This document shows, piece after piece, positions 28,575 through 37,602 of a DNA stretch of 64,000 nucleotides (position 1 is its first letter; each line of letters opens with the position of its first letter). The notes under the pieces are model-generated. The model saw only the letters and a list, made by a program, of their open reading frames with translations. It searched no databases and had not been told where the DNA came from. The stretch covers positions 105,525 to 169,524 of the IMG/VR virus record IMGVR_UViG_3300044730_002015; one strand, given 5' to 3'. Both the position numbers and the translations under genes were made by a program. Origin of the DNA: a virus.

Positions 28575-28877
28575 TTACATTGACCAATAGGTTTCGCTGG
28601 AAGGCGAGCAGAAGTAAGGAGTGTCTACATCTTCCATGAACTTCTGGCCCGTCATGATATTGGTGCGCTCTACCTTGGTTGGTAGGTTGTGAGCGTGGCG
28701 GAACTTCTGGAGATTGTCCTGGCTCACGATCACCAGTTCTGCTTCACGGAAGCCCTGCTTGGTCACCACTCTGGTGCGACAGGCCTTGGCCGCGGCCTGT
28801 GTCTTGTAGGCCTGCCAGCGACCACCACGATCAGTGATGATATTGCCGGTGTTTTGATGAACTAGGTAGTATGCCAT
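28575..28877 (-). CDS. Phage hypothetical protein
   Basis: C-terminal NIMTG...TPYFCSPSSETYWSM. Confidence 0.75.
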   Translation of the reverse strand: MAYYLVHQNTGNIITDRGGRWQAYKTQAAAKACRTRVVTKQGFREAELVIVSQDNLQKFRHAHNLPTKVERTNIMTGQKFMEDVDTPYFCSPSSETYWSM

Positions 28878-28908
28878 TTTGTTGCTCCTTTTTTTACTGT
28901 ATGTCTAT

Positions 28909-28937
28909 ATTATAGCAAAATGGGAATTTCTGGTCAA
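28909..28937 (-). promoter_or_regulatory. Early sigma70-type promoter
   Basis: TTGACC-N17-TATAAT. Confidence 0.85.
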
Positions 28938-29119
28938 CCGCGGCGTTTTTGGATTTCACGCAGGGTTTCAATGTGGCGCTCGTTTTCCAAGCGGGTTTCA
29001 CGGATCAAAGCATAGGCCTGTCCTAGATTGAAAATAGCAAAGCCACCGCAGGCCATGACAAATATGGTTACAATAGTATCTACTGTCATCTACATCTCCT
29101 TGTGATTTACTATACCCAT

Positions 29120-29148
29120 ATTTTAGCACGGGCTGAATTTCTGGTCAA
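29120..29148 (-). promoter_or_regulatory. Early sigma70-type promoter
   Basis: TTGACC-N17-TAAAAT. Confidence 0.8.
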
Positions 29149-29168
29149 CCGTGGAAAAACAGCCAAAA

Positions 29169-29195
29169 AATAACCCTGCGCAGGGCAGGGTTATT
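29169..29195 (-). terminator. Rho-independent terminator
   Basis: AATAACCCTGC-N5-GCAGGGTTATT plus T run. Confidence 0.75.
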
Positions 29196-29215
29196 AGGTA
29201 AGTGACTGCTAACTT
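29196..29215. repeat. Palindromic operator-like site, copy 3
   Basis: AGGTAAGT-GACT-GCTAACTT. Confidence 0.55.
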
Positions 29216-29357
29216 AGCAACGGCAATCCAAGGACATTATTTTCCTGGCCAAGGCATAGTTGCCATTACGACTGTGATAAGCAGCCGCGCGAGACCGTCC
29301 CCAAGAACAGGCCACAGCATATAAAAATTTGCCAATGTTTGATAAGATCTTTTTCAT
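29214..29357 (-). CDS. Small hypothetical protein
   Basis: MKKILSNIG...AAAYHSRNGNY..AR.IM; AAGGA SD. Confidence 0.6.
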   Translation of the reverse strand: MKKILSNIGKFLYAVACSWGRSRAAAYHSRNGNYALARKIMSLDCRC

Positions 29358-29524
29358 AATAACAATTCCTTTTGCGTGCTCCACTGCTGCCAATACCATT
29401 GATATCCTGACCCATATCTCAGTTTCAGGTACCACATTATCAATGGATCGTACAGTGTACCAATGATTTCTGCCTGCTGATCCGTCAACCGAATCTTGCT
29501 AGGCAGAAATCCAAACCAAAACAT
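29354..29524 (-). CDS. Small Trp-rich protein (56 aa)
   Basis: MFWFGFLPSKIRL...YGSGYQWYWQQW; ATGA coupling. Confidence 0.5.
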   Translation of the reverse strand: MFWFGFLPSKIRLTDQQAEIIGTLYDPLIMWYLKLRYGSGYQWYWQQWSTQKELLL

Positions 29525-29527
29525 CAA

Positions 29528-29749
29528 TTACTTGACAGCAACAGCAGACTCTAAGGCCTTGCGTGTTTCAGCAGCCACAACCAAGGTTGCGTCAACTGTG
29601 GCTTTGGCCAAGCCAAACTGTGCGTCCAGCAATTTCTGAACTGAAGTTTTTACAGCGCCCGAAGGTACAGCAGCCAAAAACACTTCTGCGTTTTTCTCTG
29701 CGGACTTGAGGATTTCGTTGATATCAAACATTTTGGTAAATTGTTCCAT
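29528..29749 (-). CDS. Phasin-like amphipathic helical protein
   Basis: Ala-rich and helical (LLDAQFGLAKATVDA); upstream TGC-N3-GCA palindrome. Confidence 0.55.
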   Translation of the reverse strand: MEQFTKMFDINEILKSAEKNAEVFLAAVPSGAVKTSVQKLLDAQFGLAKATVDATLVVAAETRKALESAVAVK

Positions 29750-29806
29750 TTTAATTTCCTTTCATAAGCGATTATGGAATGTGAACCCGGACCATCCGGC
29801 ACTCAC
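29750..29806 (-). promoter_or_regulatory. Two-hairpin ROSE-like 5' leader
   Basis: GUGAGU-G-CCGGA-UGG-UCCGG-GUUCAC hairpin, then UCGCU facing the AAGGA SD. Confidence 0.55.
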
Positions 29807-29831
29807 TACAACATCTATTGTATATGAATTT

Positions 29832-29848
29832 ATGTTGCGTTGCAATAT
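29832..29848. promoter_or_regulatory. PhaR-like operator
   Basis: ATGTTGC-GTT-GCAATAT near-palindrome abutting TAAATT upstream of the phasin-like gene. Confidence 0.45.
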
Positions 29849-29915
29849 GTTATCTCGCCAGATAATGAAGTTTTGGCAAAATTGCGTTAGACATTAAATA
29901 ACTGCATCTAAGGAG

Positions 29916-30164
29916 ATGGGCAACATGGAATCAATCGTAATCATTGTAGCAGTGGTAGTCATCGCGGGCATTATCTATTACAATCGTGCCAATAAAAGTC
30001 TTGATGTAAATCAAGATGGCAAAGTCAATGCCAAAGATGTCAAGATTGCTGTGAAAACAGCCGCAGTTGGTGTCAAGGCAGATGTAGGCAGTGCCAGGGT
30101 CGCAGTAAAGAAAGCCGCGGTAAAAGCAAAATCTGCTAGAAGTCGCAAGGCTCCCAAGGCCTAA
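29916..30164 (+). CDS. Membrane protein with EF-hand/dockerin-like loop and basic tail
   Basis: TM; LDVNQDGKVNAKD; TAAATA promoter and AAGGAG SD. Confidence 0.7.
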   Translation: MGNMESIVIIVAVVVIAGIIYYNRANKSLDVNQDGKVNAKDVKIAVKTAAVGVKADVGSARVAVKKAAVKAKSARSRKAPKA

Positions 30165-30177
30165 CAGCCAAAAAATA

Positions 30178-31197
30178 TTATGCTAGTGCTTGTTGGGCAA
30201 AGCCATCTCTAGCGAGATTCTTTCCCTTGGCCTCACATTGAATATCAAAATCCGCAATGAAGCCAGCGGCCCAGTCATTCACAGCTGAATTCCAATAAAA
30301 GTCCGAGTGTGCCCGAAGTTTCTGTTTCTTGTAGCCCTTGGCCAGTAGATCTGCAAGATCAGGCCTGGTTCGGGCATCGTGGTCCACAAGAATATCTTCC
30401 CGGCTCACTGAGTAATGGCAAGCAGGCCTAACACCACGCCAAGACTCAATCACCCGCTGCACACGAGAATCTACAGGATCAATGTATTCGCCGCTGTTGA
30501 TCCAATGATGATGTATGTCCAACACAAGAGCCACACGATCTGCCACAGCCAAAGTCACGTCCAACCCATTTGACATCTCGTCATTTTCTATGGAAATTAG
30601 ATTCCTGGCTTCGGGACTGAGTTTGTCCAGGGTACTAAGGAATTTCACAGGTCCACCCTTGCCCGACAAGTGTACGTTGATTTTGAACCCATGATCGTGC
30701 CAACTAGAGCCATAGCCCATCCAGCGTGCCATGTCTGCGTGGTATTCAAACTCCAAGATACTGCGTTCCACGATACCGTCATTTTCGCTGGCCAGCACAC
30801 AAAACTGCCCGGGGTGGAAACTCAGCCGCACACCCAGGCGTCTGGCTGCTTCACCAACAGGAGCAAAAATACGCTCACAGTGATCCTGTATTTCTCGTCG
30901 TTGCCACCAGTCGATCCAGGAGGGTTCGGTGTAGCCCTGCAACATCTCTGATCCCAGCCGCACCATGCGCAAGTGCTCGGGCATGGATCCCACACGCTCT
31001 ACCATTTTTAGAGCAGCCGCGGCATTGTGGTTCATGATGTCCCATTGGCGTTGATCGGCTTCGTTGGCGTGCTCGCGCAACCAACGCATTGTGGTTGAGC
31101 GACCATTGATGTCGCGATCTTTGGCATTTACTTTCATGCCGCCACACTCTGTGGGATCATTCAACCATTTGCAACAAAAGCCAATGCGACCTGTCAT
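30178..31197 (-). CDS. uvsE: UV-damage endonuclease (UvdE/UvsE)
   Basis: IGFCCK, RLSFHPGQF, INVH, IENDE, LDIHHHW, AHSD, EAKGK. Confidence 0.93.
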   Translation of the reverse strand: MTGRIGFCCKWLNDPTECGGMKVNAKDRDINGRSTTMRWLREHANEADQRQWDIMNHNAAAALKMVERVGSMPEHLRMVRLGSEMLQGYTEPSWIDWWQRREIQDHCERIFAPVGEAARRLGVRLSFHPGQFCVLASENDGIVERSILEFEYHADMARWMGYGSSWHDHGFKINVHLSGKGGPVKFLSTLDKLSPEARNLISIENDEMSNGLDVTLAVADRVALVLDIHHHWINSGEYIDPVDSRVQRVIESWRGVRPACHYSVSREDILVDHDARTRPDLADLLAKGYKKQKLRAHSDFYWNSAVNDWAAGFIADFDIQCEAKGKNLARDGFAQQALA

Positions 31198-31213
31198 GGG
31201 GAGCCTTGTAGTA

Positions 31214-31618
31214 TCAATAAGGGTTATTGTAACACACTAACTGTTTTGTTGCAAGTGCGATGTGTGAGTGGATTTTAGGGTCTTGGAACTGTCTTCCATA
31301 TCCATCCCATCGGGCCAGGTTGGCATGATATTTAGATTGGATGTCCCTGCGCTGAACAAGATCATCATTGTCACCAACCAACTTGCAAAACTGACCAGAA
31401 TGAAAACACAGGCACACATCAAGATCCCTAGCCATTTCATTGACAGTTCTGAAAGCATTTTGACACCGCTGTTGAATATCAGCCTGCTGCCAAAAACCAA
31501 TCCTGTCAGGCTCAGAATAGACAGGAAGTATATGGCCAGAAAGTCGTACCATTCAAAGATGTGCATCAAATGTGTGAACTTTCTCTACCAAAGTGAATGC
31601 TGCCTGTACAAGTATCAT
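31214..31618 (-). pseudogene. Decayed, truncated uvsE paralog
   Basis: LVEKVHTFDAHL*MVRLSGHILPVYSEP...CFHSGQFCKL...YHANLARWDGYG aligns with the intact UvsE; in-frame TGA at 31553-31555; C-terminal half missing. Confidence 0.8.
31226..31254 (-). promoter_or_regulatory. Sigma70 promoter for uvsE
   Basis: TTGCAA-N17-TACAAT. Confidence 0.6.
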
Positions 31619-32133
31619 GACAATAATTGTAGCACGTTTTCATATGTGTCGCAAGTGAAATTGGTCAATATTTGGTAACGTTCGGGTGCTGTTTTTACTG
31701 CATCAATCTGCACGAATTGGCAGTTGGTATTGCCAGAAATTATGGTATAAATTTGGTCACTGTATGAAGCAGGTTGTTCCAGATCAAATCCCAACAGCAA
31801 TATCAAATCGTACTGCTGGCTGGCGATGCTGACAGCAATGACATCATCTTGATATTCAACATCTGTTCGAGGAAGACCTTCAAACCATTTAACGCCCAGC
31901 GGTTCGCCTAACTCCTTGCAATAGATTTTGGGAAGATAAAAATTGGCAGCACCTTGAAATGCTCTAGACAGTAGTTCTCTAGATTTACGTATTTCGCTGC
32001 AGGTGCAATTGTCTGTTTTGAATTCGCGCCAGGTGCTCCAGGAGCCCCAGGTGGGAGCTATGTCTTGTAGCCTACCATATACCTTGGTGGGTAATAGTTG
32101 TAAAGATTCGCTAATGATCCAGGCTACACGCAT
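31615..32133 (-). CDS. Hypothetical protein (Rossmann-like, LLGFD motif)
   Basis: Long ORF following TAAATA. Confidence 0.65.
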   Translation of the reverse strand: MRVAWIISESLQLLPTKVYGRLQDIAPTWGSWSTWREFKTDNCTCSEIRKSRELLSRAFQGAANFYLPKIYCKELGEPLGVKWFEGLPRTDVEYQDDVIAVSIASQQYDLILLLGFDLEQPASYSDQIYTIISGNTNCQFVQIDAVKTAPERYQILTNFTCDTYENVLQLLS

Positions 32134-32154
32134 TTTAGATATTTAGTTACACAA

Positions 32155-32173
32155 AAAGGGCCCAGGGCCCTTT
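32155..32173. terminator. Terminator hairpin
   Basis: AAAGGGCC-CAG-GGCCCTTT. Confidence 0.65.
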
Positions 32174-32192
32174 ATTGTGTGGTTCCTAACTT

Positions 32193-33593
32193 TTACAATC
32201 CAAACTTCTTAACAAACTTTGATTTTTTAACAGAAACTTCAAGATCTGGTTTTTTAATTTCAATAGTATCTACGGTAGCCACCGGCTTGGGTGGTTTGAT
32301 GGATTCCACGGGTTTCTCAATAGGTGCTTCATCAAGGCCATGAGTTTCCTTCAATCCTAATCTAGTGTTTCCGTAATGAATTACTCTAACGTCTTTAGTG
32401 CTTTGTAATTTACGCCAGGGATCAACGATTACACTACCCGGCCGTATTTCACAGTAGGGCTGTGTGTCTTGTTGTTCACCGGTATATTCGTAAGTGATTT
32501 TTCTATTGTGTGCCCAAAGGAAAATAGCATTACTGTCAATGCTGTCGATACATTCGTTTCGATCATCGGCCAATGGATCAACATAACGAACTCGTTGGCC
32601 AGCTTCTTTGACATAATGTCCAATCAGTGTTGAATAAGATCCAATGCAGTATTCAACATCGGGTTTGTAAGCCTTTCCATGGATCACTATAGGAAGTTTA
32701 GTTTCCTCTCTTAATTTCACCAGGAACAAGGCCATGTTTTTTGCTTGTATTTCTCTAGCGTGCATAATGGTATCAAACAAGTCGTAGCCAACACCATACT
32801 CCTGAGCCAACCAACGCAAGGCAATGTTATCCCTGGGATGGCAAGCGCCGGCGTCGCCCATGCCTGCGGTCATATACTTGGGACCTTGCAGTCTCATAGT
32901 TGACTTGGCCAAGGCATTGGTAACCACATCAACATCGATGTTGCCGATCTTGATGGCAAAGTCTTGTATCATGTTTACGATGCCAACTTTGGCTGAAATA
33001 TATGTGTTGTAAAAAATCTTGATGGCCTCGCACTCATCCCAAGTCCCGATTTCATAACGTGGATTGTTCTGCATGATTGTATCATAGATCTCAATCAGTT
33101 CGCTGGCGATACCAGTTTTTTCTCCTGATGCTGTGCCCACGATAACCATTTCAGGATTGGCCATATCCCACTTGACTGATCCCATGGCAATGAGATATGG
33201 ATTGTAAACAAACTGATGCATTTTATCCAGTCTTGTGATAAAATGTTTTCTAGTGGTTCCAGGTAGTACCGTGCTTACTAACACAATTTTTTTAGGAGTT
33301 TTGGCATAACGATTGATATTATCAATGGCATCAAAAACTGCCAGATGTCCAAAATCCCTGGGTTCTTTATGGCTGCTAGGCACCGAACCGTCGTATCCTT
33401 CGGCGTGTGGCGTTGGCACAGCAATAAAAATCCAATCCGAGTTGTTGATCAACTCAATGACATTGACTACTTTTACTGTTTTGCTGGTGCGGGGAACTAC
33501 GTCATATCCCCATACATCGTGTTTTTCAGCCATGACTTCGGCACAGTCCATGCCTAACTTACCTACACCAATCCAACCTATTTTTTTACGCAT
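32193..33593 (-). CDS. ugd: UDP-glucose/GDP-mannose 6-dehydrogenase family protein
   Basis: GVGKLG, AVPTP, STVLPGTT, GACHPRD, AYKP. Confidence 0.9.
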   Translation of the reverse strand: MRKKIGWIGVGKLGMDCAEVMAEKHDVWGYDVVPRTSKTVKVVNVIELINNSDWIFIAVPTPHAEGYDGSVPSSHKEPRDFGHLAVFDAIDNINRYAKTPKKIVLVSTVLPGTTRKHFITRLDKMHQFVYNPYLIAMGSVKWDMANPEMVIVGTASGEKTGIASELIEIYDTIMQNNPRYEIGTWDECEAIKIFYNTYISAKVGIVNMIQDFAIKIGNIDVDVVTNALAKSTMRLQGPKYMTAGMGDAGACHPRDNIALRWLAQEYGVGYDLFDTIMHAREIQAKNMALFLVKLREETKLPIVIHGKAYKPDVEYCIGSYSTLIGHYVKEAGQRVRYVDPLADDRNECIDSIDSNAIFLWAHNRKITYEYTGEQQDTQPYCEIRPGSVIVDPWRKLQSTKDVRVIHYGNTRLGLKETHGLDEAPIEKPVESIKPPKPVATVDTIEIKKPDLEVSVKKSKFVKKFGL

Positions 33594-33766
33594 ACGAGCC
33601 CTCTTTTTGTATTGATATAGATATTTACAAGGCCATAAGCCCACCTAAAAATTTATTGACGCTAAATAATATTGCAACACAGTAGGAGGCGAAATACAAC
33701 AAAATCCACGGATCTCTGGTTAATATCTGAGATCTACCTCTTATGTTAGTGCCTAAGGAAAAACAG

Positions 33767-34336
33767 ATGTTTTCGAAAAACAAATTCTGGGCCGGCATAT
33801 TCTTATCTGCTGTCACGACCATTGTGGCAGCTCAGACCGATCCAATCATAACACAAAGCACCAGCACATCCACTAGCACCACAAATGCCAACAGCGAGAC
33901 CACAGTGAAATCGCCGCCGCCCACGGCCGTGGCACCTTCCATTAGTTCAATGAACTCGGACCTGTGTGCAGTGGGTGTATCAGGAGCGGCACAGACCCAG
34001 ATCCTGGGCATAGCCATTGGTACAACCTTTGTAGACAAAAACTGCGAGCGATTAAAACTCAGCAAAAGCCTCTACGACATGGGCATGAAGGTAGCAGCCG
34101 TGGCCACCTTGTGTGGCGACGAGCGTGTGTTTGAAGCCATGATGAACGCAGGCACACCCTGTCCTGTAGAAGGCAAAATCGGAGCCGAAGCTAAATCTAT
34201 CTGGGAAGAGCGTCGCAATCCCCGAAAGGCCGAAGCACTGCCTGTGGCATCTGCAGATACCAAGAAAGACAAATGGACCTGTGAATCCTATGCCGGTGAT
34301 GATCCTTTAGTGCGACAGAGACTTGGATGCCGGTAG
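33767..34336 (+). CDS. Secreted Cys-containing protein
   Basis: Signal peptide; SPPPTAVAP, NCERLKLSK, AGTPCP. Confidence 0.8.
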   Translation: MFSKNKFWAGIFLSAVTTIVAAQTDPIITQSTSTSTSTTNANSETTVKSPPPTAVAPSISSMNSDLCAVGVSGAAQTQILGIAIGTTFVDKNCERLKLSKSLYDMGMKVAAVATLCGDERVFEAMMNAGTPCPVEGKIGAEAKSIWEERRNPRKAEALPVASADTKKDKWTCESYAGDDPLVRQRLGCR

Positions 34337-35818
34337 ATGAATATGTGGCTTCGTTTCTGGATCTACTGGGCCTTGTTGACCTTTGGATTCTGGCTATATT
34401 ATCCTGCCTACGGTCAAACAGTCACCGGTAATCTTGTTAACCCTGCTGGAACGGCCTGGGGCATACCCAGTGCTCAAGTATTGAACTCGGCGGGCATTCT
34501 CGCTGTAGAAGGTGGCGGTGCATTTGTACCTGGTAGTCCTTACTACAACTCCGATTTCAACACCATCAGATTTAGTTACGCTCTAGGCACAGTGGCACAG
34601 AGCATAGCCATCAACTCGGCCTTGGCCGGAACTGGCATCAAGTGGTTGGGCTATGACTATTCTTGGCAGATACAGAATTCTTCGGGGCAGTCGGGGGGTA
34701 CTCTGTACGGCACTGTGTCGCTAAATGGCAACAATGGTAAGGCCTTGGAATCCTATGTCTACAACTATCCGCAAGGTATCACTCCAGCATCAACATTCTT
34801 GGCCGACTCGGGACGCCAATTGTTTTCGCAGAGCGGTGGCTACACCACGGGACAGGTCAGCAGTCTTGACATCACCTGGACCGGTCAGGATAGTCTTTTC
34901 TGGATGGGACTATATGGACCGCGTGTACGTAACACCGATGTGAGACTGTTGTATGGAGCAGATCTGTGTGCTGTCAACCCCTTGAGTGATCCCACTTGTC
35001 CTGGCTATCAGACAGCCATGTGTACTTCTAATCCTCTCAGCAGTGCTCTATGTCCAGGCTACGCCGCAGCCTATCTACAACAACAATGCACCATCTCGGC
35101 CTTGAGTGATCCTTCTTGCCCGGGATACACCACGGCCTATGTAACACAGCAAATGACCCAGACCTCCTCTGCCACTGCTTCTACCTCTGCCACCAGCACC
35201 ACTACAGTGAGTGTGACTGGAACTGTATCAACCACAGAACCCACCATAACCATCGCCACCGATGGCACTGTGACAACCACGGTGGCCACTGTGCCCGAGG
35301 CCGAAGTCAATGCCGTGGTCACACGCCAGATACCCAGCACAGCCAGTCCCACTGGCACTGTGACACTGCAGGTACAGACCAAGCCACAGGAAGAAAGCGA
35401 AGAAGAACGACGCCGCAGGCTGCGAGCAGCCACTGATGCCGAGCGTGAGATAGCACTCAAAGAAGAAAAGAAACGCGAAGAAGAAGCCAGCGAGCGTAGG
35501 CGAGAACTTGCGGCCAAAATGCGGGCCGCAGCACAAGAGTCTGCCATTGGTCGGGGTCGCGAAGCCATACGTGATGCCAGTCGTGCCGAGAACATGGAAC
35601 AACAAGTGGCCAACCAGGCCTTGATCGTGGCCACCATGAACTTTGTTCCGGGATTTGAAAGTTATGGTGTGGCTAGATTGCCCGACGCCCCGGGCTATCG
35701 TCCCTATGAAATATATCGCGGCCAACAGCCGGTAGACAACCGTAGACTATTACGCGGGCTCACTGGTGCTTCGGACCAAAGGCACGCTGACATGGTCAAT
35801 AGCCAGTATGGGAGATAG
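34337..35818 (+). CDS. Large exported protein with C-x(3)-(P/A)L-x(3)-CPGY repeats, Thr-rich linker and coiled coil
   Basis: N-terminal hydrophobic signal; three CPGY repeats. Confidence 0.8.
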   Translation: MNMWLRFWIYWALLTFGFWLYYPAYGQTVTGNLVNPAGTAWGIPSAQVLNSAGILAVEGGGAFVPGSPYYNSDFNTIRFSYALGTVAQSIAINSALAGTGIKWLGYDYSWQIQNSSGQSGGTLYGTVSLNGNNGKALESYVYNYPQGITPASTFLADSGRQLFSQSGGYTTGQVSSLDITWTGQDSLFWMGLYGPRVRNTDVRLLYGADLCAVNPLSDPTCPGYQTAMCTSNPLSSALCPGYAAAYLQQQCTISALSDPSCPGYTTAYVTQQMTQTSSATASTSATSTTTVSVTGTVSTTEPTITIATDGTVTTTVATVPEAEVNAVVTRQIPSTASPTGTVTLQVQTKPQEESEEERRRRLRAATDAEREIALKEEKKREEEASERRRELAAKMRAAAQESAIGRGREAIRDASRAENMEQQVANQALIVATMNFVPGFESYGVARLPDAPGYRPYEIYRGQQPVDNRRLLRGLTGASDQRHADMVNSQYGR

Positions 35819-35820
35819 GC

Positions 35821-36027
35821 GTGGAATATAACCTACTGTTCCAGGCGTTCATGGTTTTCTATCTGCTAGAGATCGCATTTGTAGCGGTGTTTGTGTACAT
35901 GATGTCTCGAGAATATCATATAGAAGAACAGCAGCAGGCCATAGAACTGGCCAGAAACACAGGACCGTCTGCCAGTGATCTTATAAAAATGCGAGCCCTT
36001 GCTCGCGAACTAGAAAGACAAGGGTGA
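35821..36027 (+). CDS. Small membrane protein
   Basis: N-terminal TM. Confidence 0.6.
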   Translation: MEYNLLFQAFMVFYLLEIAFVAVFVYMMSREYHIEEQQQAIELARNTGPSASDLIKMRALARELERQG

Positions 36028-36028
36028 T

Positions 36029-36268
36029 ATGCACATCAAAGAAGCAGTACAGATACTAACAGAAGGCAATCACAGATTGGCCTGGCGTACTGATCGTGCC
36101 TTGGATCTCTTGAATCAGTGGCGCAGTGCTGCTATTGATGATAAAACTTTCCAGAATGGTATATCTTCGCTGTGTGAACTGGATCCGCAAGATCTAGCAT
36201 CAGATGAAGAAGTGCATCTTGATTTGTTTAACAAAACGATGTACGCCATAGCCAATCAAGACAAATAA
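36029..36268 (+). CDS. Hypothetical protein
   Basis: ORF in series. Confidence 0.6.
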   Translation: MHIKEAVQILTEGNHRLAWRTDRALDLLNQWRSAAIDDKTFQNGISSLCELDPQDLASDEEVHLDLFNKTMYAIANQDK

Positions 36269-36283
36269 CAAAGGAGCTGTAAA

Positions 36284-36763
36284 ATGACGCAAGAAATCAA
36301 AGATGTAAACAAAAAGATAGACGCTGCAGAAGCAGCAGTCAAAAAGTATGCCAGCAAAGACACAGTGATCAGCATAGGTGGATACGAGTTCACGCCAGCA
36401 AAACTCATGGTAGCAGCCACAATAGTTTCGTCTGTTTTGGGCGCACTTTACGGTACTTTTGAAGTGTACAAAAGTTACCAGGACATGAAGACCAAGATTG
36501 AAAAGTATGTGACTCCGGACCTGACAGAAATTGAAAAGAAACTGGCCATCGTGGAAGAGAACAGCCAGAAGTCATCGGACTACACACGCGATATCAAGAA
36601 CGATCTAAGAGCAGATATCCGCAAACTGGAAAAGATAGTGGAAGATGTAGAACGCAGTTCAAAGCAGAGCCAGCGTGAGCAAGATCGTGATCTGCGTGAA
36701 ATCCGCCGAGAGATTGACAACAAGATCCAAAAGGCTCTAGACAATCCCCTGGCAGGAAAATAA
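36284..36763 (+). CDS. Membrane-anchored coiled-coil protein
   Basis: TM plus heptads; ends ALDNPLA. Confidence 0.75.
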   Translation: MTQEIKDVNKKIDAAEAAVKKYASKDTVISIGGYEFTPAKLMVAATIVSSVLGALYGTFEVYKSYQDMKTKIEKYVTPDLTEIEKKLAIVEENSQKSSDYTRDIKNDLRADIRKLEKIVEDVERSSKQSQREQDRDLREIRREIDNKIQKALDNPLAGK

Positions 36764-36775
36764 AGGTGAAGTTAG

Positions 36776-37219
36776 ATGTCAGATATAAAGAAGCCTTCGA
36801 TGGCACGCATAGCCGTGGATACCATCAAGGAGGCCAAAGAAGCCGGCGAAGAGATCGGCAGGATGGTAGCAGAAATACAGGCCGACAACGAGCGTTCGGT
36901 CAGGCAGTATCAAGCCCAGGTCATGTCAAAGCGCCGAGAAGAACGCATCCACGAACACGAACTGGATCAGATCGCCATGGATCAGTGGATTGCGGAAGAG
37001 CAACGCAAAAAACATCAAGAAAAGGTGCGGCAAGATGTAGAACGAACCTACGGTCGGGGCAGTTGGGATAAGATACAGGCCACCAAGGCTAGAATAAAAC
37101 AGATCGAAGCCGAAGATCTTCGGGCAGCCAATGAATTACGCAATCGCATGAATGATTTGCTGTGGTGGTGCCTGGGCATATCTGCCATACTGGCCTATGC
37201 ATTCAAACTATACAAATGA
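36776..37219 (+). CDS. Coiled-coil protein with C-terminal TM
   Basis: E/R/Q-rich; YG..W motif; hydrophobic C-terminus. Confidence 0.7.
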   Translation: MSDIKKPSMARIAVDTIKEAKEAGEEIGRMVAEIQADNERSVRQYQAQVMSKRREERIHEHELDQIAMDQWIAEEQRKKHQEKVRQDVERTYGRGSWDKIQATKARIKQIEAEDLRAANELRNRMNDLLWWCLGISAILAYAFKLYK

Positions 37220-37329
37220 GACCCGCACACATATTCGCCTTCACAAGTCTTTTGTGTACATTTTTTTTGCTGTGGCTAGAACATCAAAAATTCTAGCATT
37301 GGTAAATATTCCTGTTAGGAGCAACTGCG

Positions 37330-37602
37330 GTGAACGATAAAAAATTATTCAAGTGGGCGGCCTTGCTGATAGTTTTACCCATAGGGTTAGCCATATTCGG
37401 CGGTGATAAATTTCGTTATCCCTGTCAAGATCCTGCCAACTGGGATACGCCACAATGTCAAAAACCCTTGTGTGACGTCACTCGCACCTGCCCCGAGCAC
37501 ATATTCAAAGGTCAGCGTGATCCTAGACTGGGTCCACCCACAGAAACTGCCCAGGCCCCTGCGCCTGCCGCCAAACCACAACAAGGAGCCGAGTGCAAAT
37601 GA
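37330..37602 (+). CDS. Membrane-anchored Cys-rich protein
   Basis: TM then FRYPCQDPANW...C..P.C...TCPE. Confidence 0.75.
   Translation: MNDKKLFKWAALLIVLPIGLAIFGGDKFRYPCQDPANWDTPQCQKPLCDVTRTCPEHIFKGQRDPRLGPPTETAQAPAPAAKPQQGAECK

Noticed and set aside
28896-28914. LexA box (CTGTATGT...) in early promoter leaders
   Set aside because: Only a half-site; no ACAG at the N8 spacing.
7074-29148. Repeated ~40-bp sequence as a CRISPR array or att sites
   Set aside because: Copies are kilobases apart, degenerate, and match -35/-10 promoter geometry; no regular spacers or cas genes.
29360-29515. Two long hairpins (GATTTCTGCCT/AGGCAGAAATC; CCATTGATA/TATCAATGG) as an ncRNA
   Set aside because: They lie within a coupled 56-aa ORF (29354-29524); cannot be separated from mRNA structure without covariation data.
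31553-31555. In-frame TGA as evidence of stop-codon recoding
   Set aside because: It aligns to Arg (consistent with CGA>TGA) in a decayed fragment. TAA, TAG and TGA all end intact genes, and tRNA-Trp has a normal CCA anticodon.
33674-33752. c-di-GMP-I riboswitch (CAAAATCCACGGATCT resemblance)
   Set aside because: Lacks the GGCAAAC...GAAA P2 hairpin and the closing P1; kept only as a generic structured leader.
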